Positions 19,928 through 28,523 of a stretch of DNA of 64,000 nucleotides are shown here, in pieces; the first letter of the stretch is position 1, and each line of letters begins with the position of its first letter. The notes below the pieces were generated by a model. That model saw nothing but the letters and a program-made list of their open reading frames with translations. It searched no databases and had not been told where the DNA came from. The DNA is from an uncultured Acidimicrobiia bacterium (GTDB taxonomy: Bacteria; Actinomycetota; Acidimicrobiia; Spongiisociales; UBA11373): assembly GCA_964633975.1 (NCBI GenBank), contig CAZWKX010000005.1, positions 2,815 through 66,814 on the forward strand, written 5' to 3'. A program made the position numbers and the translations under genes.

Positions 19928-21006
19928 CAGCGTTCGACAAACGGAGGGGCTACGCGTCGAGCTTTCACAAAGACGTCCCTGATCTCGACACTGACCCCTG
20001 CTTCATCTCCCAGGTCATCGCCGGGGTCGGGCGCCACATATCCCATGCCGATGCCCACCTCGAGACTCGGGCTGAAGTTGCCGCTGGTGACGGCCCCCAC
20101 CGACTCCCCGCAACGCAACGCGTAGCCGTGCCGAGGGACCGAGCGATCCTCGAAGGCAAAGCCGATGAGCCGCTTGCGAAGCCCGCTCTCTTGCTGGGCT
20201 TGGAGGGCCTTTTTCCCGATGAAGTCGTGATCCCAGGACACTACCCAGCCCAGGCCGGCCTCCAGCGGCGTCGTGCCCTGGTCGAGATCTTGTCCCCAGA
20301 GTGGATAGCCCATCTCGAGTCTCAGTGTGTCCCGGGCGCCGAGCCCACACGGGACGGCGCCGGCTTCCAGCAGGGCCTGGAACAAGGCCTCGGCAAAGTC
20401 GTTGGGAACCGCGATCTCTCCGCCAACCTCTCCGGTGTAGCCGGTGCCGGCGGCCATGAGAGACACTCCGCCGAAGTCGACGCGGTCCACACCAAACCGG
20501 CGCGGACGCCACCCGAGCACCTCCTCCAGAACCCGGGGAGCATCCGGTCCTTGCACGGCGATGAGAGCAGACGACTCGCGACGCCTTTCGGCCGTCAGGC
20601 CCGGAGCCGCCTTCAAAACGGCGGCGAGCACCCCCTCGTAGTTGGCCGCGTTGGGAAGGACCCAGTACTCCTCGTCGGCGCAGCGCCACACGATAATGTC
20701 GTCGATGACGCCTCCATCGGAGTTCAGCATCATGGTGTACTGGGCACGGCCGGGCTCCACGAGAGCAACGTCGTTGCAGAAACGCTCCTGAAGGGTCACC
20801 GTCGCGCCGTCGCCCGATATCCAGAAGCGACCCAGGTGGGAGACATCGAAGACCCCACAAGAGCTGCGTACGGCTTGGTGCTCGGCAAGAGTGCCCGCGT
20901 ACCTCAGCGGCAGCAGCCAGCCGGAGAATACGACGAAGCGCCCCCCCAGCCGCTCGTGGGTGCTGTGCAGCGGCGAGCGGGCCTCGGCGACTGGGCTGCC
21001 GATCAC
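19927..21006 (-). CDS. gcvT: glycine cleavage system T protein (aminomethyltransferase)
   Basis: 359 aa GcvT fold; GTG start; 1-nt overlap with gcvPA start. Confidence 0.95.
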   Translation of the reverse strand: MIGSPVAEARSPLHSTHERLGGRFVVFSGWLLPLRYAGTLAEHQAVRSSCGVFDVSHLGRFWISGDGATVTLQERFCNDVALVEPGRAQYTMMLNSDGGVIDDIIVWRCADEEYWVLPNAANYEGVLAAVLKAAPGLTAERRRESSALIAVQGPDAPRVLEEVLGWRPRRFGVDRVDFGGVSLMAAGTGYTGEVGGEIAVPNDFAEALFQALLEAGAVPCGLGARDTLRLEMGYPLWGQDLDQGTTPLEAGLGWVVSWDHDFIGKKALQAQQESGLRKRLIGFAFEDRSVPRHGYALRCGESVGAVTSGNFSPSLEVGIGMGYVAPDPGDDLGDEAGVSVEIRDVFVKARRVAPPFVER

Positions 21007-21032
21007 GGGGAAAGCCTAGCCTCCGGGCGAGC

Positions 21033-21467
21033 TCAGCCGGTTTCGACTTCTCCGAGGTTCTTCACCCGAGGAGGGCCGGGGATGCGGGTCGGTGCGGCCA
21101 CTTGGGTGGCGTTCTCGGCCTCAAGACCGTATTTGACCAGGAGGTGGAGGTAGTCACGCTGGTAGAAGATCTTGCACTGGATGGCCGGATAGAGCTGGCG
21201 CAGCCGCCTTATCTTCCGGTTCTTCTTGGTGACGAGCTTCTGGTTCATCGTCGTGATCTCGATGTAGAGGTTCTCATCCGGCAAGTAGAAGTCGGGAGTG
21301 AAATAGCTCGTCGCCTCGCCGCTCCCGTTGAAGGAGATGGCAAAGGACCTCGGCTCGTACTCCCAGTCGATTCCATAGAAGTCCAGGAGGCGGGCAAACT
21401 GCTCTTCACTCTGGTGGGCGAAGTCGACCGTGTCCGCAGGGAACTGGAAGTCGTCGTTTGCGATCAG
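21033..21467 (-). CDS. hypothetical protein (aromatic/Lys-rich, ~144 aa), start codon uncertain
   Basis: Clean ORF with GC3 ~80% but F/Y/K/N/I-rich composition; no in-frame ATG/GTG/TTG before the conserved body; candidate CTG 21465-67 directly after the ftsR-like stop, with GGAGG 9 nt upstream. Confidence 0.5.
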   Translation of the reverse strand: MIANDDFQFPADTVDFAHQSEEQFARLLDFYGIDWEYEPRSFAISFNGSGEATSYFTPDFYLPDENLYIEITTMNQKLVTKKNRKIRRLRQLYPAIQCKIFYQRDYLHLLVKYGLEAENATQVAAPTRIPGPPRVKNLGEVETG

Positions 21468-21471
21468 GGTC

Positions 21472-21951
21472 TCACGCCTCCATGGTGGCCGTGCCAGCAG
21501 CGGCCACCGGACGCTTGGGAAAGAGCCGATGGATCTCACCTTCGAGCTCCGCTTGCACGGGCCCGACTGCAATGCCGAACACGCCCTGGCCTCTTCGGAA
21601 CACATCGACGAGCTCGTCCGCGCTGTGCGCCGCGTAGATCGTCGTCCCATCCGAAAGCAGGGTCACATCGGCGAGCGGAGTTGCACTGTCGAGCTGACTG
21701 CGCAGGATCTCCATGGCTTGGCGGATCTTGTTGAGGCTCATGCCTGCATCCAACAGGCGTTTGACCACACGCAGCTGCACGATGTCGGAAAAGGAGTAGA
21801 GCCGCTGTGAGCCCGAACCGCGGGCCGTTTGGATGGAGGGGGTGAGCAACTGCGTTCGAGCCCAATAATCGAGCTGCCGGTATGTGATACCGACGATGTT
21901 GCACACCTGAGGCGCCCGATAACCCATTTCGTCCGTCACGGCCTTGCTCAC
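21472..21951 (-). CDS. MerR-family transcriptional regulator (FtsR / Rv1830-like)
   Basis: N-terminal MerR HTH (MGYRAPQVCNIVGITYRQLDYWAR); positional homologue of Mtb Rv1830 / C. glutamicum FtsR; start GTG 21951 or ATG 21927. Confidence 0.75.
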   Translation of the reverse strand: MSKAVTDEMGYRAPQVCNIVGITYRQLDYWARTQLLTPSIQTARGSGSQRLYSFSDIVQLRVVKRLLDAGMSLNKIRQAMEILRSQLDSATPLADVTLLSDGTTIYAAHSADELVDVFRRGQGVFGIAVGPVQAELEGEIHRLFPKRPVAAAGTATMEA

Positions 21952-22004
21952 CTCCCCCGAGAGCTTACACGACCGTAATTCCGCGACGTGGAACTACCGA
22001 CGTG

Positions 22005-22034
22005 AAACTAGATGGCGCGCATGCCAGTTGTCAA
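22005..22034 (-). promoter_or_regulatory. candidate sigma-A promoter for the FtsR-like gene
   Basis: TTGACA (complement of 22029-34), 18-nt spacer, TAGTTT (complement of 22005-10), ~50 nt upstream of the start. Confidence 0.3.
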
Positions 22035-22072
22035 CAACCCCTGTGGAAAAGCGCGGTAGGAACCTCGACAGC

Positions 22073-22564
22073 TCAGCCGGCGGTGCCGAAATCCTCGGGC
22101 GAAACGGACTCGAGGAACGACCGAAAGCGCTCCACCTCGTCCTCCTCCTCTTCGTCGTGGATCTCCACGCCAGCCTCTTCGAGGACTGCGGGGACGACGA
22201 AGATGGGCGAACCGGTCCGCGCCGCCAGGGCGATGGCGTCGGAGGGACGCGACGAGACCACTATCTCCGTGCCGTTGCTGCGGAACACCAGGTCGGCGTA
22301 GAAGATGCCGTCGCGCAGCTCGGTGACCATGACCCGGTCGACGTTGGCGTTCAGCGCTTCGATAGAAGCGGCCAGCAGGTCGTGGGTGAGGGGGCGCTGT
22401 GGCTCGACACCTTCCAGTGCAAACGCGATGGCGGTGGCTTCACTCGCGCCGATCCAGATCGGCAGATAGCGGGTGCCGCCGACCTCACGGAGAAGCACGA
22501 TGGGCTGGTTCGTGGGTAGTTCGATTCGAACGCCTACGAGCTCGACCGGTATGCCTTCGCTCAT
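22073..22564 (-). CDS. bifunctional nuclease family protein (DUF151, Rv1829-like)
   Basis: VELVGVRIELPTNQPIVLLRE…YLPIWIG…EATAIA signature; acidic C-terminal tail. Confidence 0.85.
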   Translation of the reverse strand: MSEGIPVELVGVRIELPTNQPIVLLREVGGTRYLPIWIGASEATAIAFALEGVEPQRPLTHDLLAASIEALNANVDRVMVTELRDGIFYADLVFRSNGTEIVVSSRPSDAIALAARTGSPIFVVPAVLEEAGVEIHDEEEEDEVERFRSFLESVSPEDFGTAG

Positions 22565-23142
22565 GCTCCAACCTTATCACCGGCCGGTCCGAATACCTTG
22601 CGGGCCAGAGCGTCCGGATCCTCTTTGAACGTGGCCAGATCGAGCACGGCCCACAGGCCGCGTACGTTGCGGTATCGCCCCTCCCAATCGAGCCCGTAGC
22701 CGAGCAGGAACTCGTCCCCCACTTCGAATCCCCTGTACTCGAGGGGAACCTCGAGAATGCGCCGCGTCCGCTTGTCCAGGAACGTCACCGTGGCCACGGA
22801 GGCCGGATCTCGCGTCTCCAGCAGGCCCACCAGAAAGGAGAGGGTCAGGCCCGTATCGACGATGTCCTCCACGATGAGCACGTGGCGTCCTGAGATGGAG
22901 GTAGCGCTGTCGACCGCTATGCCCACCCGGCCCTCCGAGCCGAAGCGGGTCAGGCTGAGGAAGTCGACATCAACCTGGGGCGGCAGGTACCGGACCAGAT
23001 CGGCCAGGAACGGCACCGCTCCTTTGAGAACTCCGAGCAGCACCGGCTGCTTGTCCCGGTAGTCGGCACGGATCTGCGCGCCCAACTCGGCAACGCGGGC
23101 CGAGATCGTTGCCTGGTCGACAACCTCGGCGAGGAGGCGCAT
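22561..23142 (-). CDS. hpt: hypoxanthine phosphoribosyltransferase
   Basis: PRPP-binding motif VLIVEDIVDTGLT; 193 aa. Confidence 0.9.
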   Translation of the reverse strand: MRLLAEVVDQATISARVAELGAQIRADYRDKQPVLLGVLKGAVPFLADLVRYLPPQVDVDFLSLTRFGSEGRVGIAVDSATSISGRHVLIVEDIVDTGLTLSFLVGLLETRDPASVATVTFLDKRTRRILEVPLEYRGFEVGDEFLLGYGLDWEGRYRNVRGLWAVLDLATFKEDPDALARKVFGPAGDKVGA

Positions 23143-24182
23143 TAGGCGGAGTCACCTCCGAGCACGCCGGGCAACAGGTCCCTCAGCTGCGCGATCAAGG
23201 CCCGCTCCGCCGGGGTCGGCGGGTGCTCCGCAGGAGCGCCCCCACCGTCGTTGAGAGGGCCGGCGGCCGCCGCTCGAGCCTGGAACCATTCGGGCATCCC
23301 TGCCAGCAGGTCGGTGCCGGCAACGACCGAGTAGAAATGATCCTTGGGCCCGAGAGTGTCGAGGGCGTAGGCAAGCAGCTCCCGTGTGGCCATCATATGG
23401 TTCTGGGCACCCATCACGACGGCCACGTAATCGCCGTGAGGGCCGTGGAGATACGAGAGGAGAACGAGGCCTGCCGACACCGTGTCTCCGGTCTTCAGGC
23501 CGAGCACACCGGGGAAGCTGCCCAGCAGCTTGTTTGTGTTCTCTCCCTCGATGACCCCACCGCTGCTGAGCTCGAAGATGACGTACTTGGTGCTGGTGAG
23601 CGCCACGATGCGCGGCTCCCTGACGGCCGCCACCCCCAGACGGATCAGATCGCGCGCTGTGGTCAGATGGCCCACGGCATCCAGGCCGTTCGGGTTCCTG
23701 AGGCTCGTCGAGTCCATGGCGAGCTGCGCGGCCATGTCGTTCATCAAGGCGACGAACTCCTCCTCGCTGCCGGCGACGTGCTCGGCCAGGGCGACCGCCC
23801 CGTCGTTGCCCGAGATCACGAGGATGTAGGCGAGCAGGTCCTCGACGGTCCACACTTGCCCCTCCCTGAGCTCGGCCTGCCCGACGAAGCCGACCGGTGT
23901 GGCCGCGGCGTTGGCGCTGATCGTGACCAGCTCATCCGGTTCACAGTTGGCGACGACCACCAGCGCCGTCATCACCTTCGTCACCGATGCAGGAGCCCGC
24001 AGCTGGTCCGCATTGACGGCAAGCAGGATCGCACCCTCGTCGACCGAGTAGAGCACCCATGCCTCTGCGTCGATCGCTGGAGGCTCGTGATCGGGGAAGG
24101 CAGCTATGGGCGGCGGAGGGAGGTTGACGGGTCCGACGTGGAACATGCCGACGGTCAAGGCGAGTGCGGCCAGCGCTTTCAT
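23142..24182 (-). CDS. D-alanyl-D-alanine carboxypeptidase (peptidase S11, DacB-like) with signal peptide
   Basis: N-terminal signal peptide; SxxK (ASVTKVMTA), SGN (VISGNDGAV) and KTG (LKTGDT) motifs. Confidence 0.8.
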   Translation of the reverse strand: MKALAALALTVGMFHVGPVNLPPPPIAAFPDHEPPAIDAEAWVLYSVDEGAILLAVNADQLRAPASVTKVMTALVVVANCEPDELVTISANAAATPVGFVGQAELREGQVWTVEDLLAYILVISGNDGAVALAEHVAGSEEEFVALMNDMAAQLAMDSTSLRNPNGLDAVGHLTTARDLIRLGVAAVREPRIVALTSTKYVIFELSSGGVIEGENTNKLLGSFPGVLGLKTGDTVSAGLVLLSYLHGPHGDYVAVVMGAQNHMMATRELLAYALDTLGPKDHFYSVVAGTDLLAGMPEWFQARAAAAGPLNDGGGAPAEHPPTPAERALIAQLRDLLPGVLGGDSA

Positions 24183-24874
24183 GGCTCCGAGACCAGGCCG
24201 CGCAGTTGGAGCCGCACCATCGCATCCTGCATCTCGCGCGCCGCCTGTGCACAGTCGGCCAGGATCTCCGCGGCACGCTGGCGGTTGGCCGGACTGGGGT
24301 GCCGCAACAGGGGCCCAGCCAGCTGGGTGAGCAGATCCGTTTCCCGGTTGGCGGCGAGATGCAGCGAGCGCAGATGCCGGGGCTCCAGGCCGTACGAGAC
24401 GAGCCGATGGGCCGATCGCACGATGATCGCATCGTCGTCGCCGAACTCCGGGCCCTTCTCCCCTTTGCGGGGATCGATCACGCCGTGTTCGACAAGACGG
24501 CTGATCAACTCCATCGATACGCCCGCCGCCTGGGCCAGTTCGCTGGCGGTCATCCGTGCCCTGCTGACGGCGAAGTAGGCGTCCGGCGGGGGGCCGCCGG
24601 GCAGCGGTAGCGGCGGCTCCTCACCGCGCTCCCAAGTGGCCAGTTTCTTCTTGATCACCTTGAGAGGAAGGAAGTGATCTCGCTGCTGGCGCAGGATGTA
24701 GCGCACCCGCTCGATGTCGGCCTTGTGAAACTGGCGATAGCCGGAGCGGCTGCGCGCCGGATGCACGAGGCCTTCAGACTCGAGGAACCTGAGCTTCGAG
24801 ACCGTGACGTCGGGGAACTCGTCTCGAAGTCGGTCGATGACCTCTCCGATGTTGAGGGTCCTGCCGTCGCTCAT
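24179..24874 (-). CDS. MerR-family transcriptional regulator (Rv1828-like)
   Basis: MerR HTH at N-terminus (LNIGEVIDRLRDEFPDVTVSKLRFLESEGLV); conserved position next to garA. Confidence 0.75.
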   Translation of the reverse strand: MSDGRTLNIGEVIDRLRDEFPDVTVSKLRFLESEGLVHPARSRSGYRQFHKADIERVRYILRQQRDHFLPLKVIKKKLATWERGEEPPLPLPGGPPPDAYFAVSRARMTASELAQAAGVSMELISRLVEHGVIDPRKGEKGPEFGDDDAIIVRSAHRLVSYGLEPRHLRSLHLAANRETDLLTQLAGPLLRHPSPANRQRAAEILADCAQAAREMQDAMVRLQLRGLVSEP

Positions 24875-25305
24875 GCGCCCCGCGCGACAACGAGATGGAA
24901 ACGACCGACTATGACCTCGTCACCGGGGCTGAGTGTGGCGATGGCAACTCGTTCCCCGTTCACATATGTGCCGTTGGTCGAGCCGAGGTCCTGCACGATG
25001 AGCGTGCCTTGGGAGATCGTGAAGGCGGCGTGGTGGCGGGACACGGTGATGTCGTCGAGGAAGATCGTCGAGTTGGGACTGCGACCGGCTTCACTTGTGC
25101 CCTCGCTCAAATCCCAGTGCAAGCCGCGGCGCGGGCCGTCCGTGACGACCAATGCGAACCCGGCCAGGCCGGGGATGCCGGCCGCGGCCTCGAGGGCCCG
25201 TATGCGCCGCACCTCCTCGACCGGGTCGAAGATCAGGGTCGGTTCCGGCTCGTCGTCCTCGGGAGGACCACTGGGGGGCTCTTCTCGCTTTGCCATCCCC
25301 GGCAT
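24871..25305 (-). CDS. garA: FHA-domain protein GarA/OdhI
   Basis: C-terminal FHA domain (IFLDDITVSRHHAAF…GSTNGTYVNGERV) and N-terminal ETTS-like phospho-site region; start at ATG 25303-05 (uncertain). Confidence 0.85.
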   Translation of the reverse strand: MPGMAKREEPPSGPPEDDEPEPTLIFDPVEEVRRIRALEAAAGIPGLAGFALVVTDGPRRGLHWDLSEGTSEAGRSPNSTIFLDDITVSRHHAAFTISQGTLIVQDLGSTNGTYVNGERVAIATLSPGDEVIVGRFHLVVARGA

Positions 25306-25380
25306 GGTAGTGCCTGAACCCTGAACCCTGTACCCGGGCTTGAAGGATGCCCGCGGCACTCCCCCGCGCCGCCCGACCTC

Positions 25381-25947
25381 TCAGCCCGCCTCCGGAAGCA
25401 CCATCTGCACCTCGACGGTGGTCCCGGCAGGGGCGGGCGCCACCACGTCGCCGCCGACCAGTTCGCCGTCGACGGTCATCGTGGGCCCGGGCACGTCACC
25501 CCGGGACACGGTGATGTTGTAGATCGCACCGCGGAAGCGTCGTGAGACCGAAAAGCCCTCCCACTCCGAGGCGATGCAGGGCGCCACCCTGAGGCCGGCA
25601 TAGGTGGGCCGGATCCCGATTATCCATTGGGTGGCCGCCTGATGGCACCACGAGGCCGTCCCCGAGAGCCACGAGTTGCGGCCCAGGCCGGCTTGGGGAT
25701 GCTCGTCGAAGAACACGTTCTGGGCATAGACGTAGGGCTCGATCTCGTATCGCTCGGCCTGATCGTTCTTGGCGGCAGAGTTGATCTGCCAGTAGTACTC
25801 GTATGCCCGGTCGCCGTTGCCGAGGAGCGTCTCTGCCATCACGGCCCACGGGTTGGTGTCGAGGAATTAGTTCATCCACTTGGTCGGAGTGCCAGGGTCG
25901 GTGATGGCGTACTCGCGGTTCTCGTCGTCGAAATGCCCAAACCTCAC
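25381..25947 (-). pseudogene. GH94 cellobiose/chitobiose phosphorylase remnant (N-terminal ~26 codons fused to C-terminal ~160 codons, in-frame stop at the junction)
   Basis: N-terminal fragment VRFGHFDDENREYAITDPGTPTKWMN (GTG 25945-47, GGAGAG RBS), then TAA, then FLDTNPWAV…WLSGTASW…PCIASEWEGFSVSRRFRG, the conserved GH94 C-terminus; ~650 aa of catalytic core missing. Confidence 0.7.
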
Positions 25948-26057
25948 CTCACTCTCCGTGGTTTCGTGCGCCGTGAGGCTACCTTACGCGCGGGCCGCCT
26001 GGTCCGCCAAGAGCAGCAGCCACGGCTCGCCGGAGACCGGCGAGCCCGGCGCGCGAA

Positions 26058-26435
26058 TCAGTCGAGAAGCGCCTCGTAGCCGGAGGCGTCCAGCATCTCG
26101 TCGATGGCGCCGGCGTCGGCCGGGACGATGGAGACGAACCAGCCGGACCCATACGGGTCCTCGTTGACCAGCTCCGGGCGCTCGGACAGAGCGTCGTTGA
26201 CCTCGTCGATGGCGCCGGCGACCGGGGCGTACACCTCGGCCACGGATTTGGTGGACTCGACCTCGGCGATCACGGCGCCGGCCTCGACGGGCCCGGAGGT
26301 GGCGCTGAAGCCGACGTAGACCACATCCCCCAGGGCCTCCTGGGCGTAGTCCGTGATGCCGACCCGTACCTTGCCGTTCTCCATGTGGGCCCACTCGTGC
26401 TGCTCCGTGTATCTCCGGTCGTCGGGGACGTTCAC
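26058..26435 (-). CDS. gcvH: glycine cleavage system H protein
   Basis: Lipoyl-attachment motif EVESTKSV; 125 aa. Confidence 0.95.
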   Translation of the reverse strand: MNVPDDRRYTEQHEWAHMENGKVRVGITDYAQEALGDVVYVGFSATSGPVEAGAVIAEVESTKSVAEVYAPVAGAIDEVNDALSERPELVNEDPYGSGWFVSIVPADAGAIDEMLDASGYEALLD

Positions 26436-26468
26436 TCCACTCTCCTGCGTCTCGGCTTCAGCGTGAGC

Positions 26469-27023
26469 CTAACGAGCGTCATGCATCATGTGCCGGGCGT
26501 CTTCGGCATAGAGGCCGGCCACCACGTAGCAGAGCACGAGGGCGGGGACGACGAAGATCCAGGCCGTCCAGATGTAGAAAGGGTGATTGGTGCCCGCGTA
26601 CCCGTAGAAGGCGGCGATACCCGTGTAGAGGCCAAGCGTGGCCGCCTTTCCCATAGGCCGCACCTCGATCTTGGCTCTCGTCTTCCAGGCAAGCACGAGG
26701 GCCCCGATCGCCACCGCAGACTCACGAACCGTCAGAGCGAGCGCCACGGGCCACGGCAGCACCCCAGCGACCCAGCCTCCTACCACGGCGGCGGCCACCG
26801 CCAGCCGGTCTGCCAGCGGATCGAGGAGCTTCCCCAGCTCGGAGACCTGATGCAGACGCCGGGCCAGCTGACCGTCCACCCAGTCGGTGGCCCCGATGAT
26901 GGCGAGAAGGATGCCGGCCCAAGTGGGGTCGTCGCGCCCGAAGAGCAACCACAAGAAGACCGGGACCATGGCCACCCGGGTCGCCGACACCAGATTGGGT
27001 AGCGTCAAGATGCGTCGGCTCAC
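26469..27023 (-). CDS. pgsA: CDP-alcohol phosphatidyltransferase (PgsA-like)
   Basis: DG…AR…G…D…D motif (ATDWVDGQLARRL…GKLLDPLADR); multiple TM helices. Confidence 0.85.
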   Translation of the reverse strand: MSRRILTLPNLVSATRVAMVPVFLWLLFGRDDPTWAGILLAIIGATDWVDGQLARRLHQVSELGKLLDPLADRLAVAAAVVGGWVAGVLPWPVALALTVRESAVAIGALVLAWKTRAKIEVRPMGKAATLGLYTGIAAFYGYAGTNHPFYIWTAWIFVVPALVLCYVVAGLYAEDARHMMHDAR

Positions 27024-27427
27024 CGGGCCTCCCGGACCCGGAAGGGGATACGCGCCAGCTCCTCCTCATCGTGCTCGATGATGAACACGTAGCCGCCGGC
27101 GTGCGGAAATCGGATCCCCAAGAAGTTGCCCACCAAAGGAACCAGACTGGTGGCCCCGGCGGGAAGTGAAGAGGGGGCCCCGACCCGCATCACACCCTTC
27201 GACTCGACACCGATCTCGTTGCCGTCCTCGTCCAAAAGCTTCATAGACAGCTCCAAGTCCCGGTTACGGTCACCAGGACCTATCTCGGCGACCAGCACCA
27301 CGGCCAGACCACGGTGCAGAGCCGGGAACGAGCGGGCACCAATCACGTCGAAGGCCCCACCCAGCACAAACAGCTTGCCCCCAACTACCTGGGCCGCATC
27401 GGCGAGCATGGCACTGGTCAGCCTCAT
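27020..27427 (-). CDS. hypothetical protein, translationally coupled to pgsA
   Basis: 135-aa ORF with high GC3; stop overlaps pgsA start (ATGA); no recognisable motif. Confidence 0.5.
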   Translation of the reverse strand: MRLTSAMLADAAQVVGGKLFVLGGAFDVIGARSFPALHRGLAVVLVAEIGPGDRNRDLELSMKLLDEDGNEIGVESKGVMRVGAPSSLPAGATSLVPLVGNFLGIRFPHAGGYVFIIEHDEEELARIPFRVREAR

Positions 27428-27581
27428 CGAATGCCTTCCTTGCCCATGCGCTGCAGGCGGGCGGGCCGGCGGCGCGAATCGGCGTGTATGCCGAGGCTAG
27501 CCGACGCGCCTGGGCACCGGCCTGGGCCGGTCCCGGGGCTCAGACGATGGCAAAGATCATGTAGCCTGGCCTCGTTTCGCC

Positions 27582-28490
27582 ATGCTTCCCAGCTTCCTCA
27601 TCGTGGGCGCCCAGAAGGCGGGCACGACAACTCTGGCCAAGATGCTGGAGCAGCATCCCGATGTGTGTTTCTCACAGCCGCGCGAGACCAAGTTCTTCTA
27701 CGAGGACACGCTCTTCACCCAGGGGCCCGCATACTACGAGAGGGCCTTCTTCGGAGCGTGGGATGGACACCGCGCCACCGGTGAGAAGACACCCGAGTAC
27801 CTCTACCTGCCGGAGGTCCCTTCACGCATCGCCGTGACCTTGGGCCACGATGTCGGCATCGTCATAACTCTGCGCAGTCCGGCGGCACGCGCCTTTTCCC
27901 ACTATCGGCACGGGTTCCAGATGCTCCGCGAGAGCCTGCCTTTCGACAAGGCGCTGGAGGCCGAGCCGGAGCGTATCGAAAGGGACACCTTCCACCGTCT
28001 GGCCTTCAGCTACCTGGACAGAGGGCGCTATGCGGGCCAAATCCGGCGCTACCTGGACGTGTTCGACCCCGGCCGCGTCCTGGTCCTCATCTTCGAGGAG
28101 GACATCGTGCGAGGCCAGGAGCAGACTGCCCGGAGGCTGTTTGAGTTCCTGGGTGTGGACCCCGCCGCGCCCATCGAACTGCCGATCTCCTTAGGCCGCC
28201 CGCGCCTGCCCCACGTCGAGTTCGTCGACGTCGACACCGAGATCCATTCCAGAGAAGGCACTTTGGTGGCGCCGGCGGGATCCGTGGTCTACCGGTTCGC
28301 AGGCGGCCGCATCGAAATCGTGCGCCGGCCCTCACGCGCCCAGGCCGCCTATGCCGAGGCCTATCTGCGCAACGTGCCGAGAAAGGTCGATTTGCCGGAA
28401 GAGGTGGAAGGCGAGATCAATCGACGACTCGCCGACGACATCGAAGAGACGTCTCAGCTCATCGGGCGCGATGTCCCCTGGCCGAGGTGA
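27582..28490 (+). CDS. sulfotransferase-family protein (PAPS-dependent)
   Basis: 5'-PSB motif PSFLIVGAQKAGTT and 3'-PB motif TLRSPAARAFSHYRH; no signal peptide. Confidence 0.75.
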   Translation: MLPSFLIVGAQKAGTTTLAKMLEQHPDVCFSQPRETKFFYEDTLFTQGPAYYERAFFGAWDGHRATGEKTPEYLYLPEVPSRIAVTLGHDVGIVITLRSPAARAFSHYRHGFQMLRESLPFDKALEAEPERIERDTFHRLAFSYLDRGRYAGQIRRYLDVFDPGRVLVLIFEEDIVRGQEQTARRLFEFLGVDPAAPIELPISLGRPRLPHVEFVDVDTEIHSREGTLVAPAGSVVYRFAGGRIEIVRRPSRAQAAYAEAYLRNVPRKVDLPEEVEGEINRRLADDIEETSQLIGRDVPWPR

Positions 28491-28523
28491 AGAAGACGGC
28501 GTCCGGCCCCGGCTCGATGCCGG

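Noticed and set aside
21007-21300. Possible glycine riboswitch upstream of gcvT
   Set aside because: Only ~27 nt of non-coding DNA. The minus-strand leader lacks the GGAGAG / ACCGAAGGGGCAA aptamer cores. The region is occupied by a high-GC3 ORF.
21033-21470. Low-GC island suggesting horizontal acquisition
   Set aside because: Codon third positions are ~80% GC like the rest of the genome. The lower overall GC comes from aromatic/Lys/Asn-rich amino-acid composition.
25984-26394. 136-aa Arg-rich ORF
   Set aside because: It overlaps gcvH in another frame and is a compositional artefact.
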